From the NCBI GenBank assembly GCA_964439965.1, contig CAYTQG010000002.1:5008-69007 (forward strand): a DNA stretch of 64,000 nt. The letters are read 5' to 3'. A program made the position numbers and the translations under genes. This document shows positions 48,118-58,993 of the stretch, piece by piece. Below the pieces are notes generated by a model. The model saw nothing but the letters and a program-made list of their open reading frames with translations, was not told where the DNA came from and searched no databases. Source of the stretch: an uncultured Proteiniphilum sp. Lineage in GTDB: Bacteria; Bacteroidota; Bacteroidia; Bacteroidales; Dysgonomonadaceae. Each line of letters starts with the position of its first letter. Within the stretch, counting starts at the first letter, position 1.

Positions 48118-50016
48118 CTACTCAAGATAAGTGTATCCGTACAATCCAGAGCGATAGTTGGAAAGGAATTCCTTACCCTCCTCAAGTGAAATTCGACCTT
48201 GCTTAACCGAGCTCATTACCCAAGTCTCAACTGTTCGCACTAGCTTTTTAGCATTATATTGAGCATATTCTAATACATCTTCTACAGTTTCACCATCTAT
48301 TATTTGTTCAATTTTATGTCCATATTCTGAGGTGGAAATATGGACCACATTAGTGTCACCAAACAAATTATGTAAATCGCCCAAAATTTCTTGATATGCA
48401 CCTACTAAGAATACGCCAAGGTAATATGGTTCGCCTCTTTTAAGCGAGTGAACAGGTAGATACGGCGAATTACTACCACCACGAGAAATATAAGTAGCTA
48501 TTTTTCCATCACTATCACAAGTAATATCTTGTAGTGTAGCTGTTCTGTCGGGTCTATCTTGCAATCTATGGATAGGTATTATTGGAAACACCTGATCGAT
48601 AGCCCATGAGTCAGGTAACGACTGAAATAGCGAAAAGTTGCAGAAATACTTATCTGGTAGTAGTGATGCCAGCTGTCTTAGTTCCTCAGGAGCATGCTTA
48701 GCTCTATTAATAACAATATTTATTTCTTTTACAATAGAAAAATAGAGCTTTTCAACCTGAGCGCGCGTCTTAAGGTCTAACATACCCAAGCTAAACATAT
48801 CCAGAGATTCTTCTCTGATTTGTTGAGCATCGTGCCATGCCTCAAGCATACGCGGCTGAGTTAGTGAATCCCAAATTTTGTAAAGCTCCTTTACAAGTTC
48901 ATGGTCATCTTCCTTTATTTCTACATCCTCATCCCACTGAGGCATTGTGGCTGTTTCTAGCACCTCGAATACTAGCACAGAGTGATGAGCCGTGAGTGCA
49001 CGACCAGACTCAGTGATAATCTTTGGATGAGGTATATTGTTTTTATTAGCCGCATCCACAAATGCAAAAACTGAGTCGTTTACATATTCTTGTATTGAAT
49101 AATTTATGCTGTTTTCGCTATAAGATGATCGGGTACCATCATAATCAACACCCAAGCCGCCGCCAATATCAGTAAACTCAATATTAAAACCAAGCGAATG
49201 TAGTTCTACATAAAACTGAGCTGCCTCACGAAGAGCAGTTTTTATTCTTCTAATTTTTGTAATTTGGCTACCAATATGAAAGTGAATAAGACGGAAACAA
49301 TCAGTCATTTCTTCTTCTCTTAGCATATCAAGTGCCTCGAGCAATTCACTAGAGTTCAATCCAAACTTACTACCATCTCCACCTGATTCTTCCCACTTGC
49401 CACTTCCTGAGCTTGCAAGTTTTATACGAATACCTATGTTAGGTTTTACTTTTAATCGTTTAGCAATTTCGATGGTTTGCTTCAGTTCGTTTATTTTTTC
49501 TATTACAATAAATACTTGTTTACCCATCTTTTGTGCTAGCAGAGCTAGTTCAAGATAACTCTCATCTTTATATCCATTACATATAATTATAGAGTTTATA
49601 TCGGTATTAATAGCAAGTACTGCATGAAGTTCGGGTTTTGATCCAGCCTCAAGTCCAATATTAAATCGTTTGCCATGAGACACTAGTTCTTCAACCACCT
49701 GTCTCATTTGATTCACTTTAATAGGATAAACTATATAATTTTGAGCTTCATATCCATACTCCTTTGAGGCTATTTTGAAGCATGTAGATATTTTCTCGAT
49801 TCTGTTATCAAGAATCTCTGGAAATCGAATTAACACAGGAGCCGAAACATCACGTAGATATAGCTCTCTCATCAATTCGTTAAGGTCAACGCTACTACCT
49901 TTGCTTTTGCGAGGGCTTACTTGTACGTTTCCTTTATCGTTAATTGAGAAATATCCATTTCCCCAACCATCGATGTTATAGAGTTCTTCAGAATCTTCTA
50001 TGCGCCATTTTCTCAT
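48118..50016 (-). CDS. speA: Biosynthetic arginine decarboxylase
   Basis: YPIKVNQ (PLP Lys), GLEAGSKPEL, HFHIGSQ, DITCDSDG, GAYQEILGDLHNLFG. ATG 50016 chosen. Confidence 0.95.
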   Translation of the reverse strand: MRKWRIEDSEELYNIDGWGNGYFSINDKGNVQVSPRKSKGSSVDLNELMRELYLRDVSAPVLIRFPEILDNRIEKISTCFKIASKEYGYEAQNYIVYPIKVNQMRQVVEELVSHGKRFNIGLEAGSKPELHAVLAINTDINSIIICNGYKDESYLELALLAQKMGKQVFIVIEKINELKQTIEIAKRLKVKPNIGIRIKLASSGSGKWEESGGDGSKFGLNSSELLEALDMLREEEMTDCFRLIHFHIGSQITKIRRIKTALREAAQFYVELHSLGFNIEFTDIGGGLGVDYDGTRSSYSENSINYSIQEYVNDSVFAFVDAANKNNIPHPKIITESGRALTAHHSVLVFEVLETATMPQWDEDVEIKEDDHELVKELYKIWDSLTQPRMLEAWHDAQQIREESLDMFSLGMLDLKTRAQVEKLYFSIVKEINIVINRAKHAPEELRQLASLLPDKYFCNFSLFQSLPDSWAIDQVFPIIPIHRLQDRPDRTATLQDITCDSDGKIATYISRGGSNSPYLPVHSLKRGEPYYLGVFLVGAYQEILGDLHNLFGDTNVVHISTSEYGHKIEQIIDGETVEDVLEYAQYNAKKLVRTVETWVMSSVKQGRISLEEGKEFLSNYRSGLYGYTYLE

Positions 50017-50264
50017 TTTCAATCAATTATAAAAAGTGAATAGTTCTATATGCAAAATTAGTAATTATATTTGTCAATTCATCGCTCTTAATGTTCATTA
50101 TAAAAAAGTATTACATTGTGAAATATTTGAATAACTTTGTTGGTCGTTATTCACATATAGCGCTGTATTGCTAATAATTGTTGTAGATTAATCAGTTATT
50201 CGTGACATAAAGATATCTACATCTATATTTTAAAATCACAATTATAATTTATCGTTTAAAAGAG

Positions 50265-52682
50265 ATGGGAAAGTTAAAGCATATTTTGTCTTCATATCGT
50301 ACTACACTAATTCTATTATTAATCTACGCCCTTATGATGGCAGTTGGAACATTTATTGAAGAATCAGTAAACACAACTGCCGCAAAAGTGATTATTTATT
50401 ACTCACCATCGTTTATTCTTGTGCAAGCACTGTTGGTTATAAATTTTATATTGGCACTAATCGAGAAGCGATTTATTCAGGATAAGCGATGGGGGATGAT
50501 TATTCTTCATGGCGCATTGGCCATGATATTGGTAGGAGCAATGGTAACCCACATTTTTGGAAAAGAGGGAACAGTTCATATCCGTGAAGGAGAAAAGAAC
50601 GACACCATGGTAATACATACTTCAAAAGGAGTATTTGAAGAAAAACTGCCATTTGAGGTAGAGTTGGTAGAGTTTAATCTAATTAGATATCCAGGTTCAC
50701 AAAGCCCATCATCATACGAAAGTGATTTGAAAATACATATTGGAGATGATATTATCGAAACTAAAGTGTTTATGAACAATGTGTTTGATATTAAAGGATA
50801 TAGGCTCTTCCAGGCATCTTATGATGAGGATGAAATGGGTACAGTTTTGTCGGTAAATCAAGATGTGGTAGGAATGTATATCACCTACTTTGGCTACATA
50901 TTATTGTTTATTGGTTTTGTGATGATGTTTGTGATGCCCAACTCGCGATTATGGCAATTAAATAGACAATTAAAGCAAGTGCAGAAGGCAATCAGCTTAT
51001 CTATAATATTTCTGGCAATCTCATCGGGAGTGATGGCTAGTGATTTTACAAATCATGCTGTTTTTCAAGCAATAGAGCGCAAAGCACCTGATGCTAATCA
51101 TGCTGCTAAGTTTGCACAGTTACCGGTTCAACTTCGTGGAAGAGTGATGCCAATGAATAGCTTTTCGTCTGAAATACTTAGAAAACTATATGGCAAAAAC
51201 AATATTGGATCAATGAATTCTGATCAGTTTTTGATAAGCTTGCTTACCATGCCTGAAATGTGGATGCAAGTCGAGTTTATCTCAAACAAAAATAATGATA
51301 TAGCTGAGCAGTTTAACCTGACAAAGGAGCGTGTTTCGTATTCGCAACTATTCGATGAAAGGGGGAATTATAAACTATTGCAGGCTATCGAAAAGATTCA
51401 CCACAAAGAGGTGCAAGATAGAAGCAAACTTGAAAAAGACCTTCTAAAGCTCGACGAGCAGATTAATATTATGTTTCTACTAGTTAATCATCAAATACCT
51501 GCTATGTTTCCTGATGCTAACGATATTAACCACACATGGTATGCTTCGGGTGATGATTTAACAGGTTTTGAACGAGAGGATTCGTTATTCATTTCTCGGT
51601 CATATAAGTTTTATATCTCCGAGGTTGAGGAATCGATGCAGTCGGGAGACTGGGATCAGCCCGAGATTATTTTAAATACCATCTCTGAATATCAAAATAA
51701 GAATGATGCAGTAAAGCTTATAAACGCCAAAAAGATAGATTCGGAAATAAAATACAACAAACGAAACGTATTTTCAAATGTGCGTAATGCCTATTTTATT
51801 TTAGGTGTTTTGTTGTTGGTATTGTCGTTCGTATCATTGTTTTCAAGCAAAAAGGGAATTGACAAAATATCATTTTTTCTATACATTGCTATTATATTAA
51901 GCTTTGCTTATCACATATATGGTATGGGTTTGCGATGGTATGTATCGGGATATGCACCGTGGACCAACTCATACGAAACAATGGTGTATGTGGCGTGGGC
52001 AACAGCGCTTGCCGGTATTGTATTTGCTCGCAAAAGTTATCTGGCTCTATCATTGTCAATAATATTTAGTGGACTGATATTATTTGTATCCACTTTACAT
52101 TGGATGGACCCAGAGATAACCACACTTGTGCCTGTTCTTAAGTCGCCATGGTTGATGATTCATGTGGCTGTGATTGTAGCAGCGTATGGTTTCTTTGGAA
52201 TAGGTTTTCTGTTAGGCCTAGTAAATATGATAATTATGATTGTTACGGATGGAAATAAAAAAACACAACTGCGCATTCGCGAGCTCAGCATTATTAACAA
52301 TATGGGCTTGCTGATAGGCTTGTCGCTACTAACTATTGGCACATTTATGGGGGCTGTGTGGGCAAACGAATCGTGGGGGAGATACTGGAGTTGGGACCCA
52401 AAGGAAACATGGGCGCTTATCACAATAGTTATATACAGCGTAGTGATACATCTTCACTTAGTGGGCAAATGGTTTACTCAATGGACATTTAATTTTGCAT
52501 CAGTAATAGCTTTTGCCTCTGTGCTTATGACGTTTTTGGGTGTAAACTTCTTTTTAAGTGGGTTACATTCTTACGGAAAAAATGACGGAGTTGCATCTAT
52601 GTTCAACTATATTGGGGTTGGGTTTGTTATAATACTCTTAATAGGAATTATATCTTTTATGAGAAGTAAAAGACTGAGATAA
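50265..52682 (+). CDS. ccsA: Fused system II cytochrome c biogenesis protein CcsBA
   Basis: ResB-like N-terminus; GAVWANESWGRYWSWDPKETW WWD domain; GLHSY. Confidence 0.88.
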   Translation: MGKLKHILSSYRTTLILLLIYALMMAVGTFIEESVNTTAAKVIIYYSPSFILVQALLVINFILALIEKRFIQDKRWGMIILHGALAMILVGAMVTHIFGKEGTVHIREGEKNDTMVIHTSKGVFEEKLPFEVELVEFNLIRYPGSQSPSSYESDLKIHIGDDIIETKVFMNNVFDIKGYRLFQASYDEDEMGTVLSVNQDVVGMYITYFGYILLFIGFVMMFVMPNSRLWQLNRQLKQVQKAISLSIIFLAISSGVMASDFTNHAVFQAIERKAPDANHAAKFAQLPVQLRGRVMPMNSFSSEILRKLYGKNNIGSMNSDQFLISLLTMPEMWMQVEFISNKNNDIAEQFNLTKERVSYSQLFDERGNYKLLQAIEKIHHKEVQDRSKLEKDLLKLDEQINIMFLLVNHQIPAMFPDANDINHTWYASGDDLTGFEREDSLFISRSYKFYISEVEESMQSGDWDQPEIILNTISEYQNKNDAVKLINAKKIDSEIKYNKRNVFSNVRNAYFILGVLLLVLSFVSLFSSKKGIDKISFFLYIAIILSFAYHIYGMGLRWYVSGYAPWTNSYETMVYVAWATALAGIVFARKSYLALSLSIIFSGLILFVSTLHWMDPEITTLVPVLKSPWLMIHVAVIVAAYGFFGIGFLLGLVNMIIMIVTDGNKKTQLRIRELSIINNMGLLIGLSLLTIGTFMGAVWANESWGRYWSWDPKETWALITIVIYSVVIHLHLVGKWFTQWTFNFASVIAFASVLMTFLGVNFFLSGLHSYGKNDGVASMFNYIGVGFVIILLIGIISFMRSKRLR

Positions 52683-52702
52683 ATAAAAAAACTTTGATAA
52701 AT

Positions 52703-53680
52703 ATGATAAATTGGGGATTCATCGGTTGCGGAAGTGTAGCCGAACTTAAAAGTGGTCCTGCTTTTAAAAAAGTAAAAGGATCGGATATAACAGCTGTAAT
52801 GAGCCGAAATGGCGAACATGCTAAGGATTATTCCGAGCGTCACGAAATAGGTAAACACTACAATAATGCGTACTCGCTACTTGCAGATACTAATGTAAAT
52901 GCAGTGTATGTAGCAACACCTCCCGGGTCGCACGCCGAGTATGCCATTGCGGCTATAAAGATGGGCAAACCTGTATATATTGAGAAACCAATGGCATCAT
53001 CGTATTGGGAGTGCAAATTGATTCATGAAATTGCTTGTCGCGAAGGTGTGGATTGTTTTGTAGCATATTACAGACGAACCCTACCATATTTCAATAAAAT
53101 TAAAAGCCTAATTGATGATGGTGCAATAGGGGAAGTGACAGATGTAGAGGTAAACTTTGTGAACCCTCCGTATAAAACAGATTTAAGCAAAGATACACTT
53201 ACGTGGCGAGTTAAGCCAGATGAGTCGGGTGCTGGATATTTTTATGATTTAGCTTCACATCAGTTTGATTTTATGGATTACTTTTTCGGTCCTATTATGG
53301 ATGCCAAGGGCGAGAGTAAAAATGTAGCCGGATTGTATGATGTAGAAGATACGGTAGATGCTGAATGGGTGTTTGAAAGCGGAATAACAGGCAAAGGACA
53401 TTGGGAGTTTGCTGCTGATGTTGAAAAACGTATCGATACAGTATTGGTAACTGGTTCAGAAGGTACGATTGAGTTTTCAACCTTTTTGTTTACACCTATT
53501 GTTTTGAAAAATTCGGATGGTGAACAACAGTTTGCCGAAGAGAATCCCGAAAATATTCAATATAATTTGATTGAGAGTGTGGTTAATTACCTCAATGACG
53601 AAGGTGACTATCCTGTTAGCGATTATAAATCGGCAATGCGCACCAACTGGGTGATGGATAAAATATTGGACAGATTGTAA
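52703..53680 (+). CDS. Gfo/Idh/MocA oxidoreductase
   Basis: WGFIGCG, VYVATPPGSH, EKP, DLASH. Confidence 0.88.
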   Translation: MINWGFIGCGSVAELKSGPAFKKVKGSDITAVMSRNGEHAKDYSERHEIGKHYNNAYSLLADTNVNAVYVATPPGSHAEYAIAAIKMGKPVYIEKPMASSYWECKLIHEIACREGVDCFVAYYRRTLPYFNKIKSLIDDGAIGEVTDVEVNFVNPPYKTDLSKDTLTWRVKPDESGAGYFYDLASHQFDFMDYFFGPIMDAKGESKNVAGLYDVEDTVDAEWVFESGITGKGHWEFAADVEKRIDTVLVTGSEGTIEFSTFLFTPIVLKNSDGEQQFAEENPENIQYNLIESVVNYLNDEGDYPVSDYKSAMRTNWVMDKILDRL

Positions 53681-53701
53681 TTTGATGAAATTTTGAACAA
53701 C

Positions 53702-53744
53702 AAAAAACTCACAAAGTGAAGAGCTTCACTTTGTGAGTTTTTTT
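53702..53744. terminator. Bidirectional terminator (20-bp perfect arms)
   Basis: AAAAAACTCACAAAGTGAAG-AG-CTTCACTTTGTGAGTTTTTT between convergent genes. Confidence 0.85.
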
Positions 53745-53757
53745 ATTGTTTTAGGCT

Positions 53758-54348
53758 TTACTTGGCAACAAGTTCATCAATTGTTTTTCTTACTCGTTTG
53801 CTATTCCAGTCGGCCGAGCCCTTTTTGCGTATGGCTATATCGCCATCTTTCCCAATCAAAACGGTGAAGGGTATAGAGCGCGACTCGAGCTGCTCGGGTG
53901 CTGCAGTGTGCATATAATACACGGGTAACGAGTATCCATTGTCAGACATAAACTCATCAACCTTGTCCTTAGGGTCGGTAGTAGCGAATATAAATACTAC
54001 CTCTGGATTATCTTTATACTGATCGTATAGCTTTTGTATTGAAGGCATTTCGGCAATACATGGAGGGCACCAAGTAGCCCAATAGTTTAGAAACACTACT
54101 TTACCCTTTGCCTCGCTTAGATTATAGGGGTTCCCATTTTCGTCGGCAAACTGCCAGTTGTAGTCACTTAACTGCTCTCTGCTCTCCTCCTTTTTTACGG
54201 ATGGGCTAAAAGAAAGAGTCTTATTGACCCACACTTTTACCGACTTGCCAGCAGGTGTGAAAAGTATTGCTGCTATAATTGCAACAAATACTATATCGGA
54301 TATCCACGACCGCTTTTTTTTCTTCTTCTTGTTCTCGTCCTGTTTCAT
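53758..54348 (-). CDS. TlpA/ResA-like thiol-disulfide oxidoreductase
   Basis: TM anchor, NYWATWCPPCIAEMP, cis-Pro SIP. Confidence 0.9.
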   Translation of the reverse strand: MKQDENKKKKKKRSWISDIVFVAIIAAILFTPAGKSVKVWVNKTLSFSPSVKKEESREQLSDYNWQFADENGNPYNLSEAKGKVVFLNYWATWCPPCIAEMPSIQKLYDQYKDNPEVVFIFATTDPKDKVDEFMSDNGYSLPVYYMHTAAPEQLESRSIPFTVLIGKDGDIAIRKKGSADWNSKRVRKTIDELVAK

Positions 54349-54350
54349 TG

Positions 54351-55544
54351 TTATTTATCTTTTTGTTTTGGTAATATCAAGTTCAAAATCACACCCACCA
54401 TAGCTGCCAGACCAATGCCCGCAAAGGTGAAATTAGCTATTGATAGTACAGCGCCCCCTATGCCAGTGGTAAGTATAAGCGACACTATAATCAAGTTGCG
54501 GGTATTATTCATATCTGTTTTGTTTTCTATCATATTGCCCACCCCAGCTGATGCAATCATACCAAACAGGAGTAGCATAATGCCGCCCAGCACTGCATTT
54601 GGAATAGATTTAAGCAAGAAGCTTACTTTGCCAATCAGCGAAAACAAGATACCAGTTACAGCAGCAATTCTGATAGCTGTTGGGTCTGTAACCTTAGTAA
54701 GCACCATTGCACCAGTTACTTCCGAATAGGTTGTTACGGGTGGGCCACCCACAAATCCTGCCATGCAGCAAGCTAAACCATCTCCGAGCATAGTGCGATG
54801 CAGTCCAGGATCTTTCACGAAATCCTTACCAGCAACTTGATTTACAACGTACACATCGCCAACATGTTCAATTACTGGAGCTATCGCCACAGGTGCCATA
54901 AATAACATCGCCTCCCATGAGAACTTGGGTGTGACGAATTGCGGAAGACTAAACCACGATGCCTCCATAACGGGTGTAAAATCAATAACACCCATTATCC
55001 ATGCAGCTACATAGCCCACTATGATACCTCCAAAAATGGGGATGAGCTTTAGCAATCCTTTGGCAAATAAACTAATAACTATTGCTGTAGCAAGGGAGAT
55101 GATGGCCAAAATCCAATTTTCGGACGCCATGCTTACACCAGTGCCAGATAGCGATAATCCAATCAACATAATTACGGGACCGATAACTACAGGCGGAAAT
55201 AATTTGCGGATAACTCGCACTCCTTGCCATTTTACTATGGCACTCATTATAAAATAGACTACACCCACTGCAATGAAACCCGACACTGTGCCAGCCATAC
55301 CATACAGCTCGGTGGCCTTGATGATGGGGGCTATAAAAGCAAAGCTACTTCCAAGAAATATTGGTACAATGCCCTTTGTTACCAAATGAAAGATGAGGGT
55401 GCCTATACCCGCTGTGAAAAGTGCTGTAGAGGGATCGAGACCAACTAAAAGTGGAACCAGAACAGTGGCTCCGAAGGCTACAAATAGAAACTGAACACCA
55501 ACTACAGTTTTGGTTAGTGGTGAGAGCTGCTTGGTATTACTCAT
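54351..55544 (-). CDS. uraA: Uracil-xanthine permease (NCS2)
   Basis: FGATVLVP, LGSSFAF, EHVGD, GGPPVTTYSEVTG. Confidence 0.85.
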   Translation of the reverse strand: MSNTKQLSPLTKTVVGVQFLFVAFGATVLVPLLVGLDPSTALFTAGIGTLIFHLVTKGIVPIFLGSSFAFIAPIIKATELYGMAGTVSGFIAVGVVYFIMSAIVKWQGVRVIRKLFPPVVIGPVIMLIGLSLSGTGVSMASENWILAIISLATAIVISLFAKGLLKLIPIFGGIIVGYVAAWIMGVIDFTPVMEASWFSLPQFVTPKFSWEAMLFMAPVAIAPVIEHVGDVYVVNQVAGKDFVKDPGLHRTMLGDGLACCMAGFVGGPPVTTYSEVTGAMVLTKVTDPTAIRIAAVTGILFSLIGKVSFLLKSIPNAVLGGIMLLLFGMIASAGVGNMIENKTDMNNTRNLIIVSLILTTGIGGAVLSIANFTFAGIGLAAMVGVILNLILPKQKDK

Positions 55545-55876
55545 AAAAATGATGTTATGTTGTATGTATGAATTAAATATCGTACAAAGTTAATATTTAA
55601 ATTTGATTCGTTAATGAACCTATTACTCTAAAGGCTATTTATCTTTTTGGGTAGATGATTTGTATAGTTTTACTTTATATTTATTAGTCGCGGATACATA
55701 ATTCCCACTTTTGTGAATTGTATTTTAAGGATGTAAAATATAGCCATTACTTTCGTGAAAATCATTTTGCAAATTTTAAAATGGCATTATAGGCCACGTA
55801 TAGTCATTTTGATAAAGCGATGCATTAATTGCCAAAAAATCACTACTTTTGTAGGTTAAAAATGTAACGTAAAATA

Positions 55877-56425
55877 ATGCAAGAAGATAAAAGTAAGTTA
55901 TTTGGTTTTGCAATGCAGGGTGGCATCTTTTTGGGATTGTTCTGGATTTTGAAATATTTTTTTGTGGTTGTAGCTGAAGGACACTCCATAGCACAATTTC
56001 TTATTCCAGTTTTATCGGCAATCACCCCCGTCATTCTACTTCAGTATTTAATAAAGTATAGAATAACCGTTCTCGATGGAACAATAAGTTTTTGGCACGG
56101 AGTTCAGTTTGCCATTATGCTATTCTTTTTTGCGTCGCTTTTTGAAGCAGTAGCTGCATTTATTCATATCACTTGGATTGATCAGGCCTTTGTGGGCAAA
56201 ATGTATCAGCAAATGGTAGAGGCGCTACGCTCTTTTAATATTAGCGAAAGTATGGTTTCTAACTTCGAGAACCAACCCATTCCTAGTGCCTTTGGCTATC
56301 TAATAAATAACGTAATATTGAGTGATGTTTTTATTGGCATAGTTCTTTCGCTGTTTATAGTACCGATTTCGAGAATAATTAACCCTAAAAATATTACAAA
56401 AGAACAATTCGATGCAGATGAATAA
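55877..56425 (+). CDS. DUF4199-like membrane protein
   Basis: Four TM segments, FAMQGGIFLG...ISFWHG pattern, upstream of GT2. Confidence 0.6.
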   Translation: MQEDKSKLFGFAMQGGIFLGLFWILKYFFVVVAEGHSIAQFLIPVLSAITPVILLQYLIKYRITVLDGTISFWHGVQFAIMLFFFASLFEAVAAFIHITWIDQAFVGKMYQQMVEALRSFNISESMVSNFENQPIPSAFGYLINNVILSDVFIGIVLSLFIVPISRIINPKNITKEQFDADE

Positions 56426-57377
56426 GTTAGATATTTCAGTAGTAATACCTTTATATAATGAAGAGGAGTCGTTGCCCGAGCTTCACGCATGGATAAGACG
56501 AGTAATGCATAAAAATGATTTCACCTACGAAGTTATATTTGTGGATGATGGAAGCACCGACAGCTCATGGAAAATAATTGAGGGATTGCGCAAACAATAT
56601 GATGATGTGAAGGCTATAAAGTTTCAGCGAAACTATGGTAAGTCGCCTGCATTGCATTGTGCTTTCCAAAAAGTGAGGGGCAATGTGGTGATTACTATGG
56701 ATGCCGATTTGCAGGATAGTCCCGACGAAATTCCCGAACTATATCGTATGATAATAGAGGATGGATTTGACCTAGTGTCGGGGTGGAAAAAAAAGAGATA
56801 CGACTCGAAATTGACGAAAAATCTCCCATCTAAGTTTTTTAATGCTACTGCTCGAAGAGTATCTGGCATAAAGATTCATGACTTTAATTGCGGATTGAAG
56901 GCATACAAATCATCGCTTGCCAAAAACATAGAGGTGTATAACGATATGCACCGATATATTCCTATCTTAGCCAAGGATGCTGGATATACTAAAATAGGAG
57001 AGAAAGTGGTGCAGCACCAAGCTCGAAAATATGGCGAAAGTAAGTTTGGGGCTAACCGATTTGTGAATGGATATCTTGATTTACTTACTATATGGTTTCT
57101 AAATAAGTTTGGAAAAAAGCCAATGCATTTCTTCGGCCTGTTGGGTAGCATTATGCTTTTTATAGGCTTTGTGGCTACTATATGGGTAGGTGCAGTAAAG
57201 CTATACGATATGCATCATGGTAATCCATACCGATTGGTAACTGATTCGCCATACTTTTTCATATCGCTCACAATGATGATAATGGGTACGCTTTTGTTTC
57301 TTACTGGCTTTTTAGGTGAACTAATTTCGCGCAATTCGCCCGAAAGAAATAAATATAGAATTGAAAAAGAATTGTAG
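56412..57377 (+). CDS. GT2 polyprenol-phosphate glycosyltransferase (ArnC/GtrB-like)
   Basis: VVIPLYNEE, VDDGSTD, RNYGK, MDADLQD, two C-terminal TMs. Confidence 0.9.
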   Translation: MQMNKLDISVVIPLYNEEESLPELHAWIRRVMHKNDFTYEVIFVDDGSTDSSWKIIEGLRKQYDDVKAIKFQRNYGKSPALHCAFQKVRGNVVITMDADLQDSPDEIPELYRMIIEDGFDLVSGWKKKRYDSKLTKNLPSKFFNATARRVSGIKIHDFNCGLKAYKSSLAKNIEVYNDMHRYIPILAKDAGYTKIGEKVVQHQARKYGESKFGANRFVNGYLDLLTIWFLNKFGKKPMHFFGLLGSIMLFIGFVATIWVGAVKLYDMHHGNPYRLVTDSPYFFISLTMMIMGTLLFLTGFLGELISRNSPERNKYRIEKEL

Positions 57378-57409
57378 AAGTAATTACATAAGAAATAAAT
57401 TAACAAAAT

Positions 57410-58426
57410 ATGAAGCGAAATATATATATCACTTTGCTGCTTGGGGCAGTGCTTATGCTGTCGTGCACTTCCAAAAAAGATTCAGCGGAGGCATTGACAT
57501 ACATATCAAATAGTGGAGAGATTTTCTACACATCTTACCACATAAAATACGAATATTCAAAATCTTTGGAGAAGGAGATATTGGATGAGTTGGAGAGGTT
57601 TGAGCTCTCACTTAATCCATTTCGTGAAAACACGATTATTACAAAGATAAATGAAAATATAACAGTAGAGCCCGACTCTATGTTTTTGGATGTGTTTAAT
57701 AAATCTATTGAGGTGTCTAAAAATACGGGTGGCAAGTTTGATATTACTGCATCGCCATTAATAGATGCTTGGGGTTTTGGATTTAAGAATATAGATAATG
57801 TGACACCTGAGATTATAGATAGCCTATTACAATTTGTAGGCTACGAAAAGATTTTTGTTAATAAAGAGGGATTAATAGAAAAAACAGATTCACGGGTGCA
57901 AATAAATACTTCGGCAATATCAAAGGGTTATTCGTGCGATTTAGTGGCGCATTTATTTGATACTTTGGGTATAGAAAATTATATGGTGGAGATTGGTGGC
58001 GAAGTGGTGGCTAAGGGTGTTAATGATAAGGGTGTTTGTTGGCGCATAGGAGTAGATAAGCCAGTGAACGACTCAACGGGAATGCTTCACAATTTACAAA
58101 CAATAGTTTCGCTGTGCAACAAATCTCTTGCTACGTCGGGCAACTATAGAAACTACTATGTGAAAGATGGTAAGAAATACGCACATACCATCGACCCTCA
58201 AACTGGGTATCCATCGGAGCAGGATTTGCTGAGTGTTACCATCATTGCTGATGATTGCATGACGGCTGATGCATATGCAACGGCGTTTATGGCCATGGGT
58301 AGGGATAAGGCTAAGGAGGTAGCTCAGAATATATCAGGCCTTGAGTACTATTTATTCTATGCTATGGATAATGAGGAGGTGGGTATTGAGTACTCCGAAG
58401 GATTTGAGCAGTTTTTTGTGGAATAA
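57410..58426 (+). CDS. apbE: FAD:protein FMN transferase lipoprotein
   Basis: Lipobox, FDIT, SAISKGY, EIGGE, ATSGNYRNY, HTIDP, ADAYAT. Confidence 0.9.
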   Translation: MKRNIYITLLLGAVLMLSCTSKKDSAEALTYISNSGEIFYTSYHIKYEYSKSLEKEILDELERFELSLNPFRENTIITKINENITVEPDSMFLDVFNKSIEVSKNTGGKFDITASPLIDAWGFGFKNIDNVTPEIIDSLLQFVGYEKIFVNKEGLIEKTDSRVQINTSAISKGYSCDLVAHLFDTLGIENYMVEIGGEVVAKGVNDKGVCWRIGVDKPVNDSTGMLHNLQTIVSLCNKSLATSGNYRNYYVKDGKKYAHTIDPQTGYPSEQDLLSVTIIADDCMTADAYATAFMAMGRDKAKEVAQNISGLEYYLFYAMDNEEVGIEYSEGFEQFFVE

Positions 58427-58450
58427 CCAAATTAAATAAACATACATGAA

Positions 58451-58993
58451 ATGAATAATAATAATATCACTATAGTTTTATTCGATAAAGAGGAACAGAA
58501 AAAGAGTGTTGTAAAGTATTATTCTTACATAACTTACTATGGCGAAACTCTTATTGCATCTACCCATAAGGGTGTTTGCTATATAGGTTTTGGCGAGGCA
58601 GATACTCGCCTGGATATGATGAAAAAGCATTATCCATATGTGAAATATATTGAAGAGAAGACGGAACATCAGGCTATAGCTTTGCAATACATTGATAACG
58701 ATGAGACTCAACCATTGACACTACACATCAATGGTACGGCTTTTCAAATATCGGTGTGGCGCGCATTGCAAGATATACCGCTTGGAGATTTGTCAACATA
58801 TAAGCAAATAGCTGATGCTATAGAGTGCTCGAAAGCTGTGAGAGCTGTGGGAGCGGCTATTGGGCAAAATCCTATTTCATATATCATTCCATGTCATCGA
58901 GTTATTCGATCAGATGGTGGACTGGGTGGTTATTCGTCAGGTCTTGACTACAAAAAGAAAATGATAAATAAAGAAAAAGAAATTACTAAATGA
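58451..58993 (+). CDS. ogt: Methylated-DNA--protein-cysteine methyltransferase
   Basis: GTAFQISVW, RAVGAAIGQNP, PCHRV. Confidence 0.9.
   Translation: MNNNNITIVLFDKEEQKKSVVKYYSYITYYGETLIASTHKGVCYIGFGEADTRLDMMKKHYPYVKYIEEKTEHQAIALQYIDNDETQPLTLHINGTAFQISVWRALQDIPLGDLSTYKQIADAIECSKAVRAVGAAIGQNPISYIIPCHRVIRSDGGLGGYSSGLDYKKKMINKEKEITK

Noticed and set aside
55545..55876. PyrR attenuator upstream of uraA
   Set aside because: No PyrR-binding loop recognised; a TAACTTTG element on the minus strand (55585-55592) implies only a ~35-nt leader.
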